From positions 1 through 64,000 of the IMG/VR virus record IMGVR_UViG_3300046048_000257: 64,000 bases of DNA. One strand, 5' to 3'. The stretch comes from a virus. Position numbers and translations under genes: made by a program. Of the stretch, positions 28,232-38,088 are shown in pieces (the stretch's first letter is position 1; each line of letters opens with the position of its first letter). The notes beneath the pieces are model-generated. The model was given only the letters and a program-made list of their open reading frames with translations, had not been told where the DNA came from and made no database searches.

Positions 28232-28713
28232 TGGCAGAGGATGCACGCAGGAAAGTGGCCACCCAGCTGGCCATGACCTTTTTGGGCCTGCCCTACCTGT
28301 GGGGCGGTGATGACCCTGTGGCAGGCTTTGACTGTTCTGGCATGTGTATTGAGATTTTAAAGGCAGTGGACCTGCTGCCCCGTAATGGTGACTGGACCGC
28401 AGCTGGCCTGTGGCACCACTTTGCCAATAACCACGGCTGTGCGGTGCTGCGTACACAGGTAAGGGAGGGCTGTTTAGTATTCTGGCATAGCCCCAGTGAT
28501 GCTAAGCGCATAATCCATGTGGAGTATGCGATAAATGAGGAGCTGTGCATAGGCGCCTCCGGGGGCGGGAGCGCCACCACGGACCGGGCACAGGCCATTA
28601 AGCAAAACGCATACATTAAGATACGGCCTTTTAACAGCCGTGCGGGTATTTACGGAGTGGTGGACCCGTTTAAGTTGAAATACGGAGGCGGCTATACCAG
28701 TGAGCCAGTGTGA
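28213..28713 (+). CDS. NlpC/P60 cell-wall peptidase (endolysin candidate)
   Basis: LPYLWGG...GFDCSG...HV catalytic motifs. Confidence 0.85.
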   Translation: MGGDKMMAEDARRKVATQLAMTFLGLPYLWGGDDPVAGFDCSGMCIEILKAVDLLPRNGDWTAAGLWHHFANNHGCAVLRTQVREGCLVFWHSPSDAKRIIHVEYAINEELCIGASGGGSATTDRAQAIKQNAYIKIRPFNSRAGIYGVVDPFKLKYGGGYTSEPV

Positions 28714-28843
28714 GCACAGGGGGCGCTGCCCTATGTGCGGTAAACTGAAACCCTACACAGAGCTGTGCACATGCTGGGAGTTTAAGGATGATAAGATAAT
28801 CCGTAAGGAGGGTGATGATGCCCACAAAAAGCTGGAAAACTAA
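28700..28843 (+). CDS. small Cys-rich protein (47 aa)
   Basis: Manual translation MSQCEHRGRCPMCGKLKPYTELCTCW...; GGAGG RBS upstream. Confidence 0.45.
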   Translation: MSQCEHRGRCPMCGKLKPYTELCTCWEFKDDKIIRKEGDDAHKKLEN

Positions 28844-28970
28844 AGGTAAGTGGTGAGCCCGCTGGGGTAAAAGCGGTAAGGTGTACTGCTCTAAAAATAA
28901 AAACAGTGCTGTGGCCAGAGCTAATAAGCAGGCCAGAGCGGCATACAGCTCAGGGTATAAAGGCAAATAA
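28818..28970 (+). CDS. small basic protein with in-frame TGA (candidate selenoprotein, otherwise pseudogene)
   Basis: AAGGAGG RBS; MPTKSWKTKGKW*ARWGKSGKVYCSKNKNSAVARANKQARAAYSSGYKGK; hairpin 28872-28890. Confidence 0.55.
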
Positions 28971-28971
28971 C

Positions 28972-29679
28972 GTGGCTTTGAGTTTCGGGGCCCCGGATGG
29001 CCGGGGCGCACATGACTGGTTTTTTCATATACCCCGCACAGGGGGTAATTACACGATATACACCATTACCAAGTGCACTGAGCAGGAGGGCAGGCTGGTG
29101 TATGCCCAGCATAAAGGGCATATGCACTGCGGTCCGCTTAAGGTGCCTCCAGATATTATACGCAGGTGCTTTACCATAGTGCGCCCGCCGCTGGACTGGT
29201 ACCGCAGCTTTTACCGGTTTAGGATTACAAAGCACTATGTGGGCCGGAATATGGAGCCCGGCCACCCGCTGGATAAACACATATGGACCGGCCAGCACCA
29301 GAATGGTGGGCACATTTACCCGTTTAATGAGTTTGTGGGCTCAGTTTTGGCTGAGCACCCCCACGGGTATCTTACCAAGCTGTATGGTAAATTTATGCCT
29401 TATGTGGATGAAATACTGAGCACAGATGAGCTAACTAAGGAGCTGCCCGCTATGCTGGAGCGCTGGGGCTATGCGGTGCCACAGGTCCGCAAAAAGCCCC
29501 GCAATATTACTAAGGACCGTGATGGTAACTGGCAGCCTCCGGCCATATTCTATGAGCGGGTGAAACGGGGCCACCCTGTGGATGAGCTGCCCGTGGATAT
29601 TGCACCTGATATACTGGCAGCCATGGAGGCTGCTGAGCATAAAATCATTAGGGACTTACGTGATAGGAGGATACTATGA
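28972..29679 (+). CDS. sulfotransferase-family protein (ORF track starts it at 28906)
   Basis: 5'-PSB-like FFHIPRTGG and 3'-PB-like FTIVRPPLDWYRSFY; GTG at 28972 directly follows the upstream stop. Confidence 0.75.
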   Translation: MALSFGAPDGRGAHDWFFHIPRTGGNYTIYTITKCTEQEGRLVYAQHKGHMHCGPLKVPPDIIRRCFTIVRPPLDWYRSFYRFRITKHYVGRNMEPGHPLDKHIWTGQHQNGGHIYPFNEFVGSVLAEHPHGYLTKLYGKFMPYVDEILSTDELTKELPAMLERWGYAVPQVRKKPRNITKDRDGNWQPPAIFYERVKRGHPVDELPVDIAPDILAAMEAAEHKIIRDLRDRRIL

Positions 29680-30221
29680 GCAAAATGGACCTGTATAAGC
29701 AGCATGCCCCGCAGATACAGAGCGGCGACCTGATAGAATGGCGCAGCGCCAGCCCGCTGGGGGCGGCCATACGGTTGTTTACCCGTAAGGAGGTTAACCA
29801 CTCCAGCATAGCCATACGGCCTAAGGAGTATGCAGCGCTCAGTGACCGGCGTTTTTTAATAGAGGCCTTAAGTGGAGGGCTGGTACCCCGGCTGCTGAGC
29901 ACACGGCTGGAGGAGTTTAAAGGTGAGGTGTACTGGTGCGCCCTTAAGCCCTCTGTGGTAAGTGAGGCGCAGCGGGAGGCCATGGCCTGCTGGGCTATAT
30001 TGGAAACGGTAAAAGGCACCCGGTACGATTATGGCAGCCTTTTTGGCAACATGGTAAGCCGGGTAAATGTGGATGCCAGCCGCTGGTTTTGCAGTGAGGC
30101 GTACACAGCTATGCTCCAGCATGTGCAGCTGGTAGGCAGAAACGTAAAAGCACGGAGGCCGGGTGAGTTTGGCCCGCTGGGGCTGCATATACCGCCTGTG
30201 CTCATTTATAAAAACACATAA
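29676..30221 (+). CDS. permuted papain-like (YiiX/YebB-type) NlpC/P60 protein
   Basis: GDLI, NHSSI, YDY, WFCSE (His precedes Cys). Confidence 0.75.
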   Translation: MSKMDLYKQHAPQIQSGDLIEWRSASPLGAAIRLFTRKEVNHSSIAIRPKEYAALSDRRFLIEALSGGLVPRLLSTRLEEFKGEVYWCALKPSVVSEAQREAMACWAILETVKGTRYDYGSLFGNMVSRVNVDASRWFCSEAYTAMLQHVQLVGRNVKARRPGEFGPLGLHIPPVLIYKNT

Positions 30222-30232
30222 GGAGGTATATT

Positions 30233-31900
30233 ATGGCTAAAACTATGACCATGACTGAGTTAAGGGCCACTCATGTGTACTATGATGCTTATAAGTTGTT
30301 TTGGGATTTTATGCTGGCCAGCTATGAGGGTATCCGGGCGCTGGTGGCCGGTAACCACGTGCTGTTTAAGCATGAGCGTGAAACGCAGGCTAATTATGAC
30401 CGCAGGGTGAGTGAGGCGTATGGCTTTGGGTACAGCCAGAGCATAGTGGATATATTTAATTTTTATCTATTTAAAAAGCCGCCTAAGCGGGATATGGGCC
30501 CACTGGCTAAGGATAAGCAGTGGCTCATGTTTAATGATGACTGTGACCTGTACGGAGCGGACTTTGACCAGTGGATGCTGGAAAGCCAGCGCTATGCGGC
30601 CATACTGGGCCATGTGGGCCTGCTGGTGGATAAGGGCAGCACGGAGTATAAAACCAAAAAGCAGGAGCTGGATAATAAAGTGTATCCATATGTGGCCCGG
30701 TACTTTCCACAGGCCATACTGGACTGGACCTATGACCGGGATGACAATAACCGCCCGTATCTGAGTATGATAAAATTACTGGATGATGATGGCCGGTACC
30801 GGATATGGACCACAGAGGAGTGGGCAGTGTATGCGCCTACTGATGAGCAGGTGAAAAGTGCCCCGCAGGTGCGGGATGCACAGACCGGCCAAGTGCGTGG
30901 TGGTGGAGGCACCACGGGTGAGGAGCCGGAGGTGGAGCCGGAGGATTTTGGCCCTAATCCATTTATGAAAAATGGAGGGCGGGGTGAAATACCTTTTGTG
31001 TGGATGTATAACCTAAAAAGCAAGCTGCGTAATATCGGCGTGAGTGACATAAAGGATGTGGCGTACATAGATGGCTCCATAATCCGTAACCTCAGTGAGG
31101 GTGAGGAGGTGATAACTTATGGGGCATTTCCTATGCTGCGCACCCCTATGCGTGAAAAAGGGCTGGCGCCCTCCGATAAATCAGATGTTAAGGATGTAGG
31201 CATAACCGCCCTGATGGAGTTTGACCCGGAGCACCCGGAAAGTAAGCCGGACTGGATGGAGGCGGCGGTAAGTGAGCCCATAGATGCCATACTGGCGTGG
31301 ATGCTGCGCAAGGTGGAGGAAATATACCGCAGCTCTAATGCAGGGGGCATGGCGGGCACAGAAATACAGAGCCAAGCTAAAAGCGGTACCGCCCTTAAGG
31401 CTGAGTTTCAGCTGCTTAACTCAAAGCTGGTAAGCAAAGGGGCTAACACGGAGCAGAGTGAGAAAAGCATAGTGCGGTACTGGGGCATGTGGCAAAAAAT
31501 GGATGAGGCACAGATGGAAAAAGTGGTAATTGAGTACAGCCGCACCTATGATATAGAAAATCTAACGCAGGACCTTGAAAACGCACTAACGGCCAAAACA
31601 TTAGTGATGAGTAAGACTTTCAGGGCCCAGCTCCAGAAAAACGTGGCCCGCCAGATGCTGCCCGCAGCTGAGCCCCGCCTGCTGGATGATATAGATAAGG
31701 AAATAGATGAGGCTGTGGAGGAGCAGGAGGGCGCACCGGATACCTCCGGCGCCGGTAATATAGATGAGTTTGGAAGTAAGCCGGGTGAGGGTGCCACTGC
31801 TGCGGATGCTGTGGCCAGACCCGGCCAATTAGTACCAATACCCGGAGGTAAAAGCGTTGTACCGCCTGTGGCCTCCGGTACGGGAGGAGGTGAGCGGTAA
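30233..31900 (+). CDS. portal protein
   Basis: 555 aa after TerL; HERET..NY..R, GEIPFV, SGTALKAEFQLLN..L; acidic tail. Confidence 0.85.
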   Translation: MAKTMTMTELRATHVYYDAYKLFWDFMLASYEGIRALVAGNHVLFKHERETQANYDRRVSEAYGFGYSQSIVDIFNFYLFKKPPKRDMGPLAKDKQWLMFNDDCDLYGADFDQWMLESQRYAAILGHVGLLVDKGSTEYKTKKQELDNKVYPYVARYFPQAILDWTYDRDDNNRPYLSMIKLLDDDGRYRIWTTEEWAVYAPTDEQVKSAPQVRDAQTGQVRGGGGTTGEEPEVEPEDFGPNPFMKNGGRGEIPFVWMYNLKSKLRNIGVSDIKDVAYIDGSIIRNLSEGEEVITYGAFPMLRTPMREKGLAPSDKSDVKDVGITALMEFDPEHPESKPDWMEAAVSEPIDAILAWMLRKVEEIYRSSNAGGMAGTEIQSQAKSGTALKAEFQLLNSKLVSKGANTEQSEKSIVRYWGMWQKMDEAQMEKVVIEYSRTYDIENLTQDLENALTAKTLVMSKTFRAQLQKNVARQMLPAAEPRLLDDIDKEIDEAVEEQEGAPDTSGAGNIDEFGSKPGEGATAADAVARPGQLVPIPGGKSVVPPVASGTGGGER

Positions 31901-32130
31901 TGGTGGATAACGGTACAGATACCAAAGGTGCTAATGAACCTTACGCCCGGCAGGGCGGCACTAACCCGGCTAATGAAATACCTAAGAAAATGCGCCGGGA
32001 TGATAAGGCTTACATAGACAGTAAGCTGGGCATGTTTAAAAAGGACCATGCCATGAGTGTGCACCAGCGCCATATGGACTTAGTGCGTAAAAATGCGCTG
32101 GATAACAGTGTAAAACGTAAACTGCCATAG
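31900..32130 (+). CDS. hypothetical protein
   Basis: GGAGG RBS; coupled to the portal stop. Confidence 0.5.
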   Translation: MVDNGTDTKGANEPYARQGGTNPANEIPKKMRRDDKAYIDSKLGMFKKDHAMSVHQRHMDLVRKNALDNSVKRKLP

Positions 32131-32138
32131 GATGGCAG

Positions 32139-32194
32139 CCGGTAACCCTAAGCGCCCCGTGTAGGGCCTCTGAGTGAGCCTGAGGGGTATTTTT
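32139..32194 (-). repeat. dispersed intergenic element, inverted copy
   Basis: Reverse complement AAAATACCCCTCAGGCTCACTCAGAGGCCCTACACGGGGCGCTTAGGGT resembles 45461-45514 and 61360-61422. Confidence 0.5.
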
Positions 32195-33197
32195 GAACAG
32201 GAGCAGAACTATGAAAAAGCTACTTATTACCGGTGGCTGCGGTTTTGTAGGGCACCACGTAATAGAGCACTTTTTGAAAGCTACCAAGTGGCAAATTATT
32301 ACTTTTGATAAACTAACTTATGCCGCCAGTGGACTGGACCGGGTGCGGGATATTCAGGCCTATGATAGCAAGCGGGTGGCGTTTTATTCACTGGACTTTA
32401 GTGTGCCCATATCCCATGGGGTACTGCGGGAGTGTAGGGATGTGGATTATATACTGCACTTAGGGGCTGAAACCCATGTGGATAATTCCATAGTGGACTG
32501 TATGCCTTTTGTTTACAGTAACGTACTGGGCACGGCTAATATGCTGGAGTTTGCAAGGCTCTGCCAGCGCCTCCGGGCTTTTATATATTTCAGCACTGAT
32601 GAGGTGTATGGCCCGGCGCCTCCGGGGGTGGCGTATAAGGAGTGGGACCGGTATAACTGCACTAATCCGTATGCAGCTACCAAGGCCGCTGGTGAGGAGC
32701 TGGTGCTGGCGTTTATGAATACCTACGGTGTGCCCGGTTTCATAACTCATACCATGAATATCATAGGTGAGCGCCAGCACCCGGAAAAATACCTGCCTAA
32801 GTGTATCCGGGCCGTGCAGCAGGGCACTAAGTTAACCATACATGGCAGCCCGGAGGGTAAACCGGGCTCACGCTTTTATATCCATGCCCGTAATGTGGCC
32901 CACGCCCTGCACTGGCTGCTGGATAAGTTTGAGCAGCGAGAAAAATATAACATAGTGGGTGAGCGGGAGGTGGATAATTTAGAGCTGGCTAAGCTGGTGG
33001 CCTCCGTTATGGAGCAGCCGCTGGACTATGAGCTGGTGGACTTTCACAGTAGCAGACCGGGCCATGACCTGCGCTATGCGCTGGATGGTACCCGGATGGC
33101 GGATATGGGCTGGAGTGTGCCCATGGCTTTTGAGGATACTGTGGCCAGTACGGTGCGCTGGACTTTAGATAACCCGGAGTGGTTAGATACCAAGTGA
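32193..33197 (+). CDS. rmlB: dTDP-glucose 4,6-dehydratase (true start probably 32211)
   Basis: LITGGCGFVG, HLGAETHVDNS, STDEVYG, YAATK, RPGHDLRYALD. Confidence 0.9.
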   Translation: MNRSRTMKKLLITGGCGFVGHHVIEHFLKATKWQIITFDKLTYAASGLDRVRDIQAYDSKRVAFYSLDFSVPISHGVLRECRDVDYILHLGAETHVDNSIVDCMPFVYSNVLGTANMLEFARLCQRLRAFIYFSTDEVYGPAPPGVAYKEWDRYNCTNPYAATKAAGEELVLAFMNTYGVPGFITHTMNIIGERQHPEKYLPKCIRAVQQGTKLTIHGSPEGKPGSRFYIHARNVAHALHWLLDKFEQREKYNIVGEREVDNLELAKLVASVMEQPLDYELVDFHSSRPGHDLRYALDGTRMADMGWSVPMAFEDTVASTVRWTLDNPEWLDTK

Positions 33198-33207
33198 GGA
33201 GGTAATT

Positions 33208-33477
33208 ATGTTAAGTGAGCCTAAAACGGATAGGGAGTGGCAGGCCCGTATGGATGCTGAAACACTGGCGCAGGCTGAAAAAATAAAGGCGGATAAAGCC
33301 CGGCTGGAGGCTGCGCAGAAACAGGCTAAACTGATGGCGAATGATAAGCGTGAGGAGGCCACGGCCATGAGCAAGATAGCCGGGCAGGCCTCTGGTACCG
33401 ATGATGCAAAAAAACCCGATAAAGAGCCGCTCAGGGGCTCTGGTAACCCTTTTAACATAGGGGTGAGGATAAAGTAA
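33208..33477 (+). CDS. hypothetical helical protein
   Basis: GGAGGT RBS. Confidence 0.55.
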   Translation: MLSEPKTDREWQARMDAETLAQAEKIKADKARLEAAQKQAKLMANDKREEATAMSKIAGQASGTDDAKKPDKEPLRGSGNPFNIGVRIK

Positions 33478-33478
33478 C

Positions 33479-36400
33479 ATGCCCAGCACTGATGATGTTA
33501 TGCAGGCGGCCAATAAAATGGGCCAGACTCTGGCGCAGGAAACTGATAAGCACCTTATCAGGATGCGCCAGAGTATTAAGCGCCTCCAGCAGCGTATAAC
33601 TAACCAGCTAAAGGACTTGACCACTGGTAAGGATGGTAAACTTATGGGCCCACGGGTAAACCTTAAGCAGGCCCAAAAAGTACACCAGCAGCTCATTAAC
33701 GCTTTTGATGAGGAGTATGGTGAGGTACTGCGCAAGGGGCTGGATAAATCATTTAAGGCCATAGCGGACCAGATACAGAATACGTTTAGGGATTTAGATA
33801 TAGCCATGGAGTTTACCGGTGTGGACCGGGATATGATAGCTGCCCTTAAAACGCAGGCGCTTAAGGAGTTTGAGGCCTATGGCCAGCAGGCCATGGACCA
33901 GATGGCCACGGCTATGTATGATACCGTGGTGGCCCGTGGTACTTTTGCGGAGCTGGTGGCCACACTGGATGGCATACTGATAGGTGGCGTGGATGCCAGA
34001 GGCCAGAGCATGGCCCAGTACAGCGCTCTGTGGGCTAATGATGCCCTTATGAATTTTCAGCAGCGCATACACCTGAAAAAAGGCCGGGATGCCGGGCTGG
34101 ACCATTACCTGTATTTTGGTAACGTAATAGAGCGCTCACGGCCTTTTTGCATAGACCGGGCGGGTAAGATATTCAGTGAGGAGCAGATTAAAAGCTGGGA
34201 TGCTATGAGCTGGCAGGGTAAAAGTGGGCCCGCCCTTACTAACCGGGGTGGGTGGAATTGCAGGCACCACTGGCAGCCTGTGGACCCCAGCTGGCTGCCT
34301 GAGGAGGGGCTGGATATAGGTGACTATTTTGATGAAACGGGCACACAGCCCGGAGTGGCCCGTGGCTCCACCATGCCCGTGTGGCCGGGACCGGGGGCCA
34401 AGGGTGCTAAGCCGCTGCCACCTAAGCCGCCCCCACGTAAGCCCATAGTTTTTGGTGACCCGGCTACCCGCTGGGTGCCTCCAGATGGCTTTCACAGTGA
34501 TGCTAACGCATGGAGTGAGGCCATGTATAAGGCCGGGCAGGATTACCATAAGTGGAGTGGGCTTAATCCCAGTGGGCCCATAGCGGATAACATAGTGGAG
34601 GCACTGGAGGCGCAGGGCCGTAATGGCCGGGTGATGCAGACCACGTTTAGAAACGTATTAGGCGGCGCAAAGGGTGAGCAGGATAAATTGTTTACCCATT
34701 TTGTGGCCGTGGAGCTGGATGATACTGGCAGGGTGATACGGGTATTTGATGTGGGTAATGAGTATCTGGTGAGGGCGGAGCTGCGGACCATAACGGACCT
34801 AATGCCGGGCGGGCAGCTGCCTGAATACTGGCCCACGCTGGCTGATGATATAGACCTTAAGCGGATGAGCCCCACTATATTCAAAAAAGGCCAGTGGGCC
34901 CGTGATACCAGCAGCCTGTACTCCATGGATGACCATATGTTTTTCTATGACAAAATGATGGACCCAGCTGTGCTCAGGGAGGCTGAGCGGATGGCCCGGA
35001 TAGCCGCAGCGGAGGCCGCTAAACAGGCGGCGGAGGAGGCTGCTAAAAAAGCGGCTAAGGAGGTAGTGGAGGCACCGGGCACAAAAACGCCACAGGTGGG
35101 CATGCAACCGTGGAAAGCCGCTAAAACAAAAGCAGAGGCGCAGAGGCAGCTGATGGATATTATTGAGGAGTGTAAGCGGCGTGATACTTATGTAACGGTG
35201 AGGTGGGGTAATGACATAGGGGCACATTACGTGCGCTTTAGGCATGACCCTACCCACTGGAGCTGGAAGGATAGATATAAACCCCATAGATGGAAAGCGG
35301 CGAAACTACACGCAGAAATTAAGGTATCAAGTAAAACCACGCTGGAGCAGCTTAACGCCATTAACCGTAAGCTGCATGAGTTTCAGGCCCGGCTGAGCCT
35401 CTATGAGCTGCCTCCGCTGCGGGGGGCTTTTACGTGGGCTGGTAAAGCGGACTGGGCTGCTAATATGGGTGATGGTGTTATGGGCCTGCACCATGATGCT
35501 TTTAGCAGCTGGTTTGATGATTTAGTTTTTGACCGGGTAAAATATGCTAACAATTTAAACAGAGCTGTGGAGCAGCAGCGGGCGCTGCTTAAAACGATAG
35601 CGGATTTAGAGGGCACAAAGTCCACAGCCTATAAAGCCATTAAGGAGCAGATGGACCTCCGGCTGGCAGAGCTAAAAAAGCTGGATGAGGATATATGGGA
35701 GGGCCCGCTGTATGGTAACCATAAGGGTACGGCTACCAAGTGGCGCCCCGGTGATGATACAGTGGACCGCCCGGAAAATGTGCGGGACTATTTCAATAAC
35801 TATGCGGATAGGGGCTATAAAACCATGGAGCATGAGCTGGGCCACCATATCCATCAGCAGATGTTTGTGGATGGCGCCACAGACTTGTATGATGATCCGC
35901 CTTTTGAAAAGTGGCTGGATTATGTTTTTAATGGGCCCCAGCGCCAGAATATAACCCGGATGGCCCCCAGCCGGTACGCACTTAAAAACAGCCATGAGTG
36001 GTTTGCGGAAAATTACTGCTCATGGCAGATGGGTATGAAACACTTAGTAAATGAGGAGCTGGTGGGCGTGCTGGAGGGGCTGGATGATTTAGCAGCTGGC
36101 CGTATTTCATACCGGGACTTTAAGTATATGATGTTTGATGGCGGTGACTTTGCACGGCCTCTGCTGGTAAAGGCCCGGCGTGTGTATAAGGAGGCCGCAG
36201 AGATGGCAGATAAAGTGGATGAGCTGTATTACCAAGTGCTAAACGCTTTGAAAAAGCAGGAGGGCCGTGTAAGCGCTTTTGACTTGCATGATGTTTTATC
36301 TAAAGAGTGGGATACCATAGTGTGGACCTCCGATGTAGAAAAAGCGCTGGAAAAAGCCCTTAAAGCGGAGCTGGTGAGTAAAACACCTCAGGGCTGGATG

Positions 36401-36724
36401 TGGGGCACTAAGAAACTGGGCACGCTGCCAAGTAAGTATATGCTGCCTCCTAATTTATCAGTGCCTCCGGCGCCTAATTTCCAAAAGGCCGTACTGGAAA
36501 TGTGGGATACTATGGTGCACCGTTCACTGATGGCCGAAACTACCACCATGCAGCAGCTTATGGATACGCTGGGCGTGGATGCTCATGTGGCCAAAATATT
36601 CATAAATGATATTAAAAAGCAGGGGCTGGCCACGCAGATAGGCGCTTTTGTGGAGGGCCATGAGGCGGCTATAACTAACACCACAGAGTTTTTTATTAAG
36701 GACCCTAACCAGTTTGTGCGCTAA
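33479..36724 (+). CDS. MuF-like minor head protein fused to a long C-terminal extension containing a zincin metallopeptidase
   Basis: SRPFC...GGWNCRHHW MuF motif; HELGHH and SRYALKNSHEWFAE. Confidence 0.8.
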   Translation: MPSTDDVMQAANKMGQTLAQETDKHLIRMRQSIKRLQQRITNQLKDLTTGKDGKLMGPRVNLKQAQKVHQQLINAFDEEYGEVLRKGLDKSFKAIADQIQNTFRDLDIAMEFTGVDRDMIAALKTQALKEFEAYGQQAMDQMATAMYDTVVARGTFAELVATLDGILIGGVDARGQSMAQYSALWANDALMNFQQRIHLKKGRDAGLDHYLYFGNVIERSRPFCIDRAGKIFSEEQIKSWDAMSWQGKSGPALTNRGGWNCRHHWQPVDPSWLPEEGLDIGDYFDETGTQPGVARGSTMPVWPGPGAKGAKPLPPKPPPRKPIVFGDPATRWVPPDGFHSDANAWSEAMYKAGQDYHKWSGLNPSGPIADNIVEALEAQGRNGRVMQTTFRNVLGGAKGEQDKLFTHFVAVELDDTGRVIRVFDVGNEYLVRAELRTITDLMPGGQLPEYWPTLADDIDLKRMSPTIFKKGQWARDTSSLYSMDDHMFFYDKMMDPAVLREAERMARIAAAEAAKQAAEEAAKKAAKEVVEAPGTKTPQVGMQPWKAAKTKAEAQRQLMDIIEECKRRDTYVTVRWGNDIGAHYVRFRHDPTHWSWKDRYKPHRWKAAKLHAEIKVSSKTTLEQLNAINRKLHEFQARLSLYELPPLRGAFTWAGKADWAANMGDGVMGLHHDAFSSWFDDLVFDRVKYANNLNRAVEQQRALLKTIADLEGTKSTAYKAIKEQMDLRLAELKKLDEDIWEGPLYGNHKGTATKWRPGDDTVDRPENVRDYFNNYADRGYKTMEHELGHHIHQQMFVDGATDLYDDPPFEKWLDYVFNGPQRQNITRMAPSRYALKNSHEWFAENYCSWQMGMKHLVNEELVGVLEGLDDLAAGRISYRDFKYMMFDGGDFARPLLVKARRVYKEAAEMADKVDELYYQVLNALKKQEGRVSAFDLHDVLSKEWDTIVWTSDVEKALEKALKAELVSKTPQGWMWGTKKLGTLPSKYMLPPNLSVPPAPNFQKAVLEMWDTMVHRSLMAETTTMQQLMDTLGVDAHVAKIFINDIKKQGLATQIGAFVEGHEAAITNTTEFFIKDPNQFVR

Positions 36725-36734
36725 GGAGTAACTT

Positions 36735-36950
36735 ATGGAGCCCATATGTCATAACTGTGCTCATTTTTTTGTGCTTACGGGTAGCGGGCTGCTGGACCCG
36801 GCTGTGGAAACGTGCACAGCCTTTTACCCGGCGCCTATACCGCAGGATATTATGCTGGGTGAGGTGGGGCACAGTGAGCCACACCCTAACCAGCATAACC
36901 GTGAAATATTATTTTTATCTATGAGCCCACTTAAAAAACCACGCTCATAA
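36735..36950 (+). CDS. small Cys/His protein downstream of the MuF fusion
   Basis: CHNCAHF...CTAFY..IP..I..G...H..P. Confidence 0.6.
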   Translation: MEPICHNCAHFFVLTGSGLLDPAVETCTAFYPAPIPQDIMLGEVGHSEPHPNQHNREILFLSMSPLKKPRS

Positions 36951-36960
36951 TTTTTTTTGC

Positions 36961-36989
36961 TTGTGTGCACATAATTGTGGATGTATAAT
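36961..36989 (+). promoter_or_regulatory. sigma70-like promoter for the capsid operon
   Basis: TTGTGT-N17-TATAAT in an AT-rich intergenic gap. Confidence 0.55.
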
Positions 36990-37104
36990 ATGCAACATAC
37001 AATATATAGTATGTGCCCATGTGGGCCCAATTTATTAACCATGCAGGAGGGTAACCTACCTGCGGCACCCTGTGGGTGACCACAAAAAAAGGGAGGCGTG
37101 AGCC

Positions 37105-38025
37105 ATGGAATTGACTTTAAAACTTGACCCCGAAACTCAGCAGGCAGTAATACAGGATGGTAAGCCGGTCTATATCCTTACTGATGGTGACAAAAGTGAG
37201 GACTTTGTGGCCGATGTGCCCAGCATGTACCTTAACACCTTAAAACTTAAGGGTGAAAGTAAGCAGCACCGTGACAAGCTAAAAAGTGCCACGGATGAGT
37301 TAACCACCTTTAAGACTATTTTTGATGGTGTGGAGGATGTGGCTGAGTACAGGAGCGCAGCGGATAAAGCGCTGGAAGTGGTTAAAAATCTGGATGACAA
37401 AAAGCTGATAGATGCAGGTAAAGTGGATGAGGTTAAAGCGGAGCTGAAAGCAGCCCATGATAAAAACTTAGCTGCGGCGCAAAAAAAGTTTGAAAAGCAG
37501 CTGGAGGATATGACTGGGCAGCTGGGCAGTAAGGATAATCTCATACGCAAGTTGACTATCGGCCAGCGCTTTGCAACAGACCAGCACTTTAGTGGAACAG
37601 AACCCAAAACTAATGTGCAGCCTGCCATGGCTGAGGCGTACTGGGGCCACCTATTTACCGTGGATGAGAAAAAAACCACTGCTGATGGTAAGCCTTTAGT
37701 GATAGGGCACCACCCGGTAACCGGTGATGAGATTTTGAGCACACGCCCGGATACCGTGGGTGAAATAGCGGACTTTGGTGAGGCCATAAGTGTAGTAATT
37801 GAGCACAGCCCGCTTAGGGATGCTATTTTAAACAGCGGACCTCCGGGCTCAGGAGCCGGAGGCGGAGGAGGTGGAGGCGGCGGGGGCTCAGATGAGCTAA
37901 GCAAGTTAAAAGCTAAGTATGATGCGGCGGTAAAATCCGGTGATGGCCGGACCGCTGTGGCTCTAAAAAACAGGATTTTTGCTATGCAGCAAGGCACAGC
38001 AGGCCGTACTGCACAGCGCAGATAA
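37105..38025 (+). CDS. capsid scaffolding protein
   Basis: Coiled coil, KKLIDAGKVDEVK, Gly-rich linker; immediately upstream of the major capsid gene. Confidence 0.75.
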   Translation: MELTLKLDPETQQAVIQDGKPVYILTDGDKSEDFVADVPSMYLNTLKLKGESKQHRDKLKSATDELTTFKTIFDGVEDVAEYRSAADKALEVVKNLDDKKLIDAGKVDEVKAELKAAHDKNLAAAQKKFEKQLEDMTGQLGSKDNLIRKLTIGQRFATDQHFSGTEPKTNVQPAMAEAYWGHLFTVDEKKTTADGKPLVIGHHPVTGDEILSTRPDTVGEIADFGEAISVVIEHSPLRDAILNSGPPGSGAGGGGGGGGGGSDELSKLKAKYDAAVKSGDGRTAVALKNRIFAMQQGTAGRTAQRR

Positions 38026-38088
38026 CCACGCAGGCCGGGTAAGGTGGGCCTGCGCTAAAAACTTTATTCGATTAAGGAGGATTTAGCT

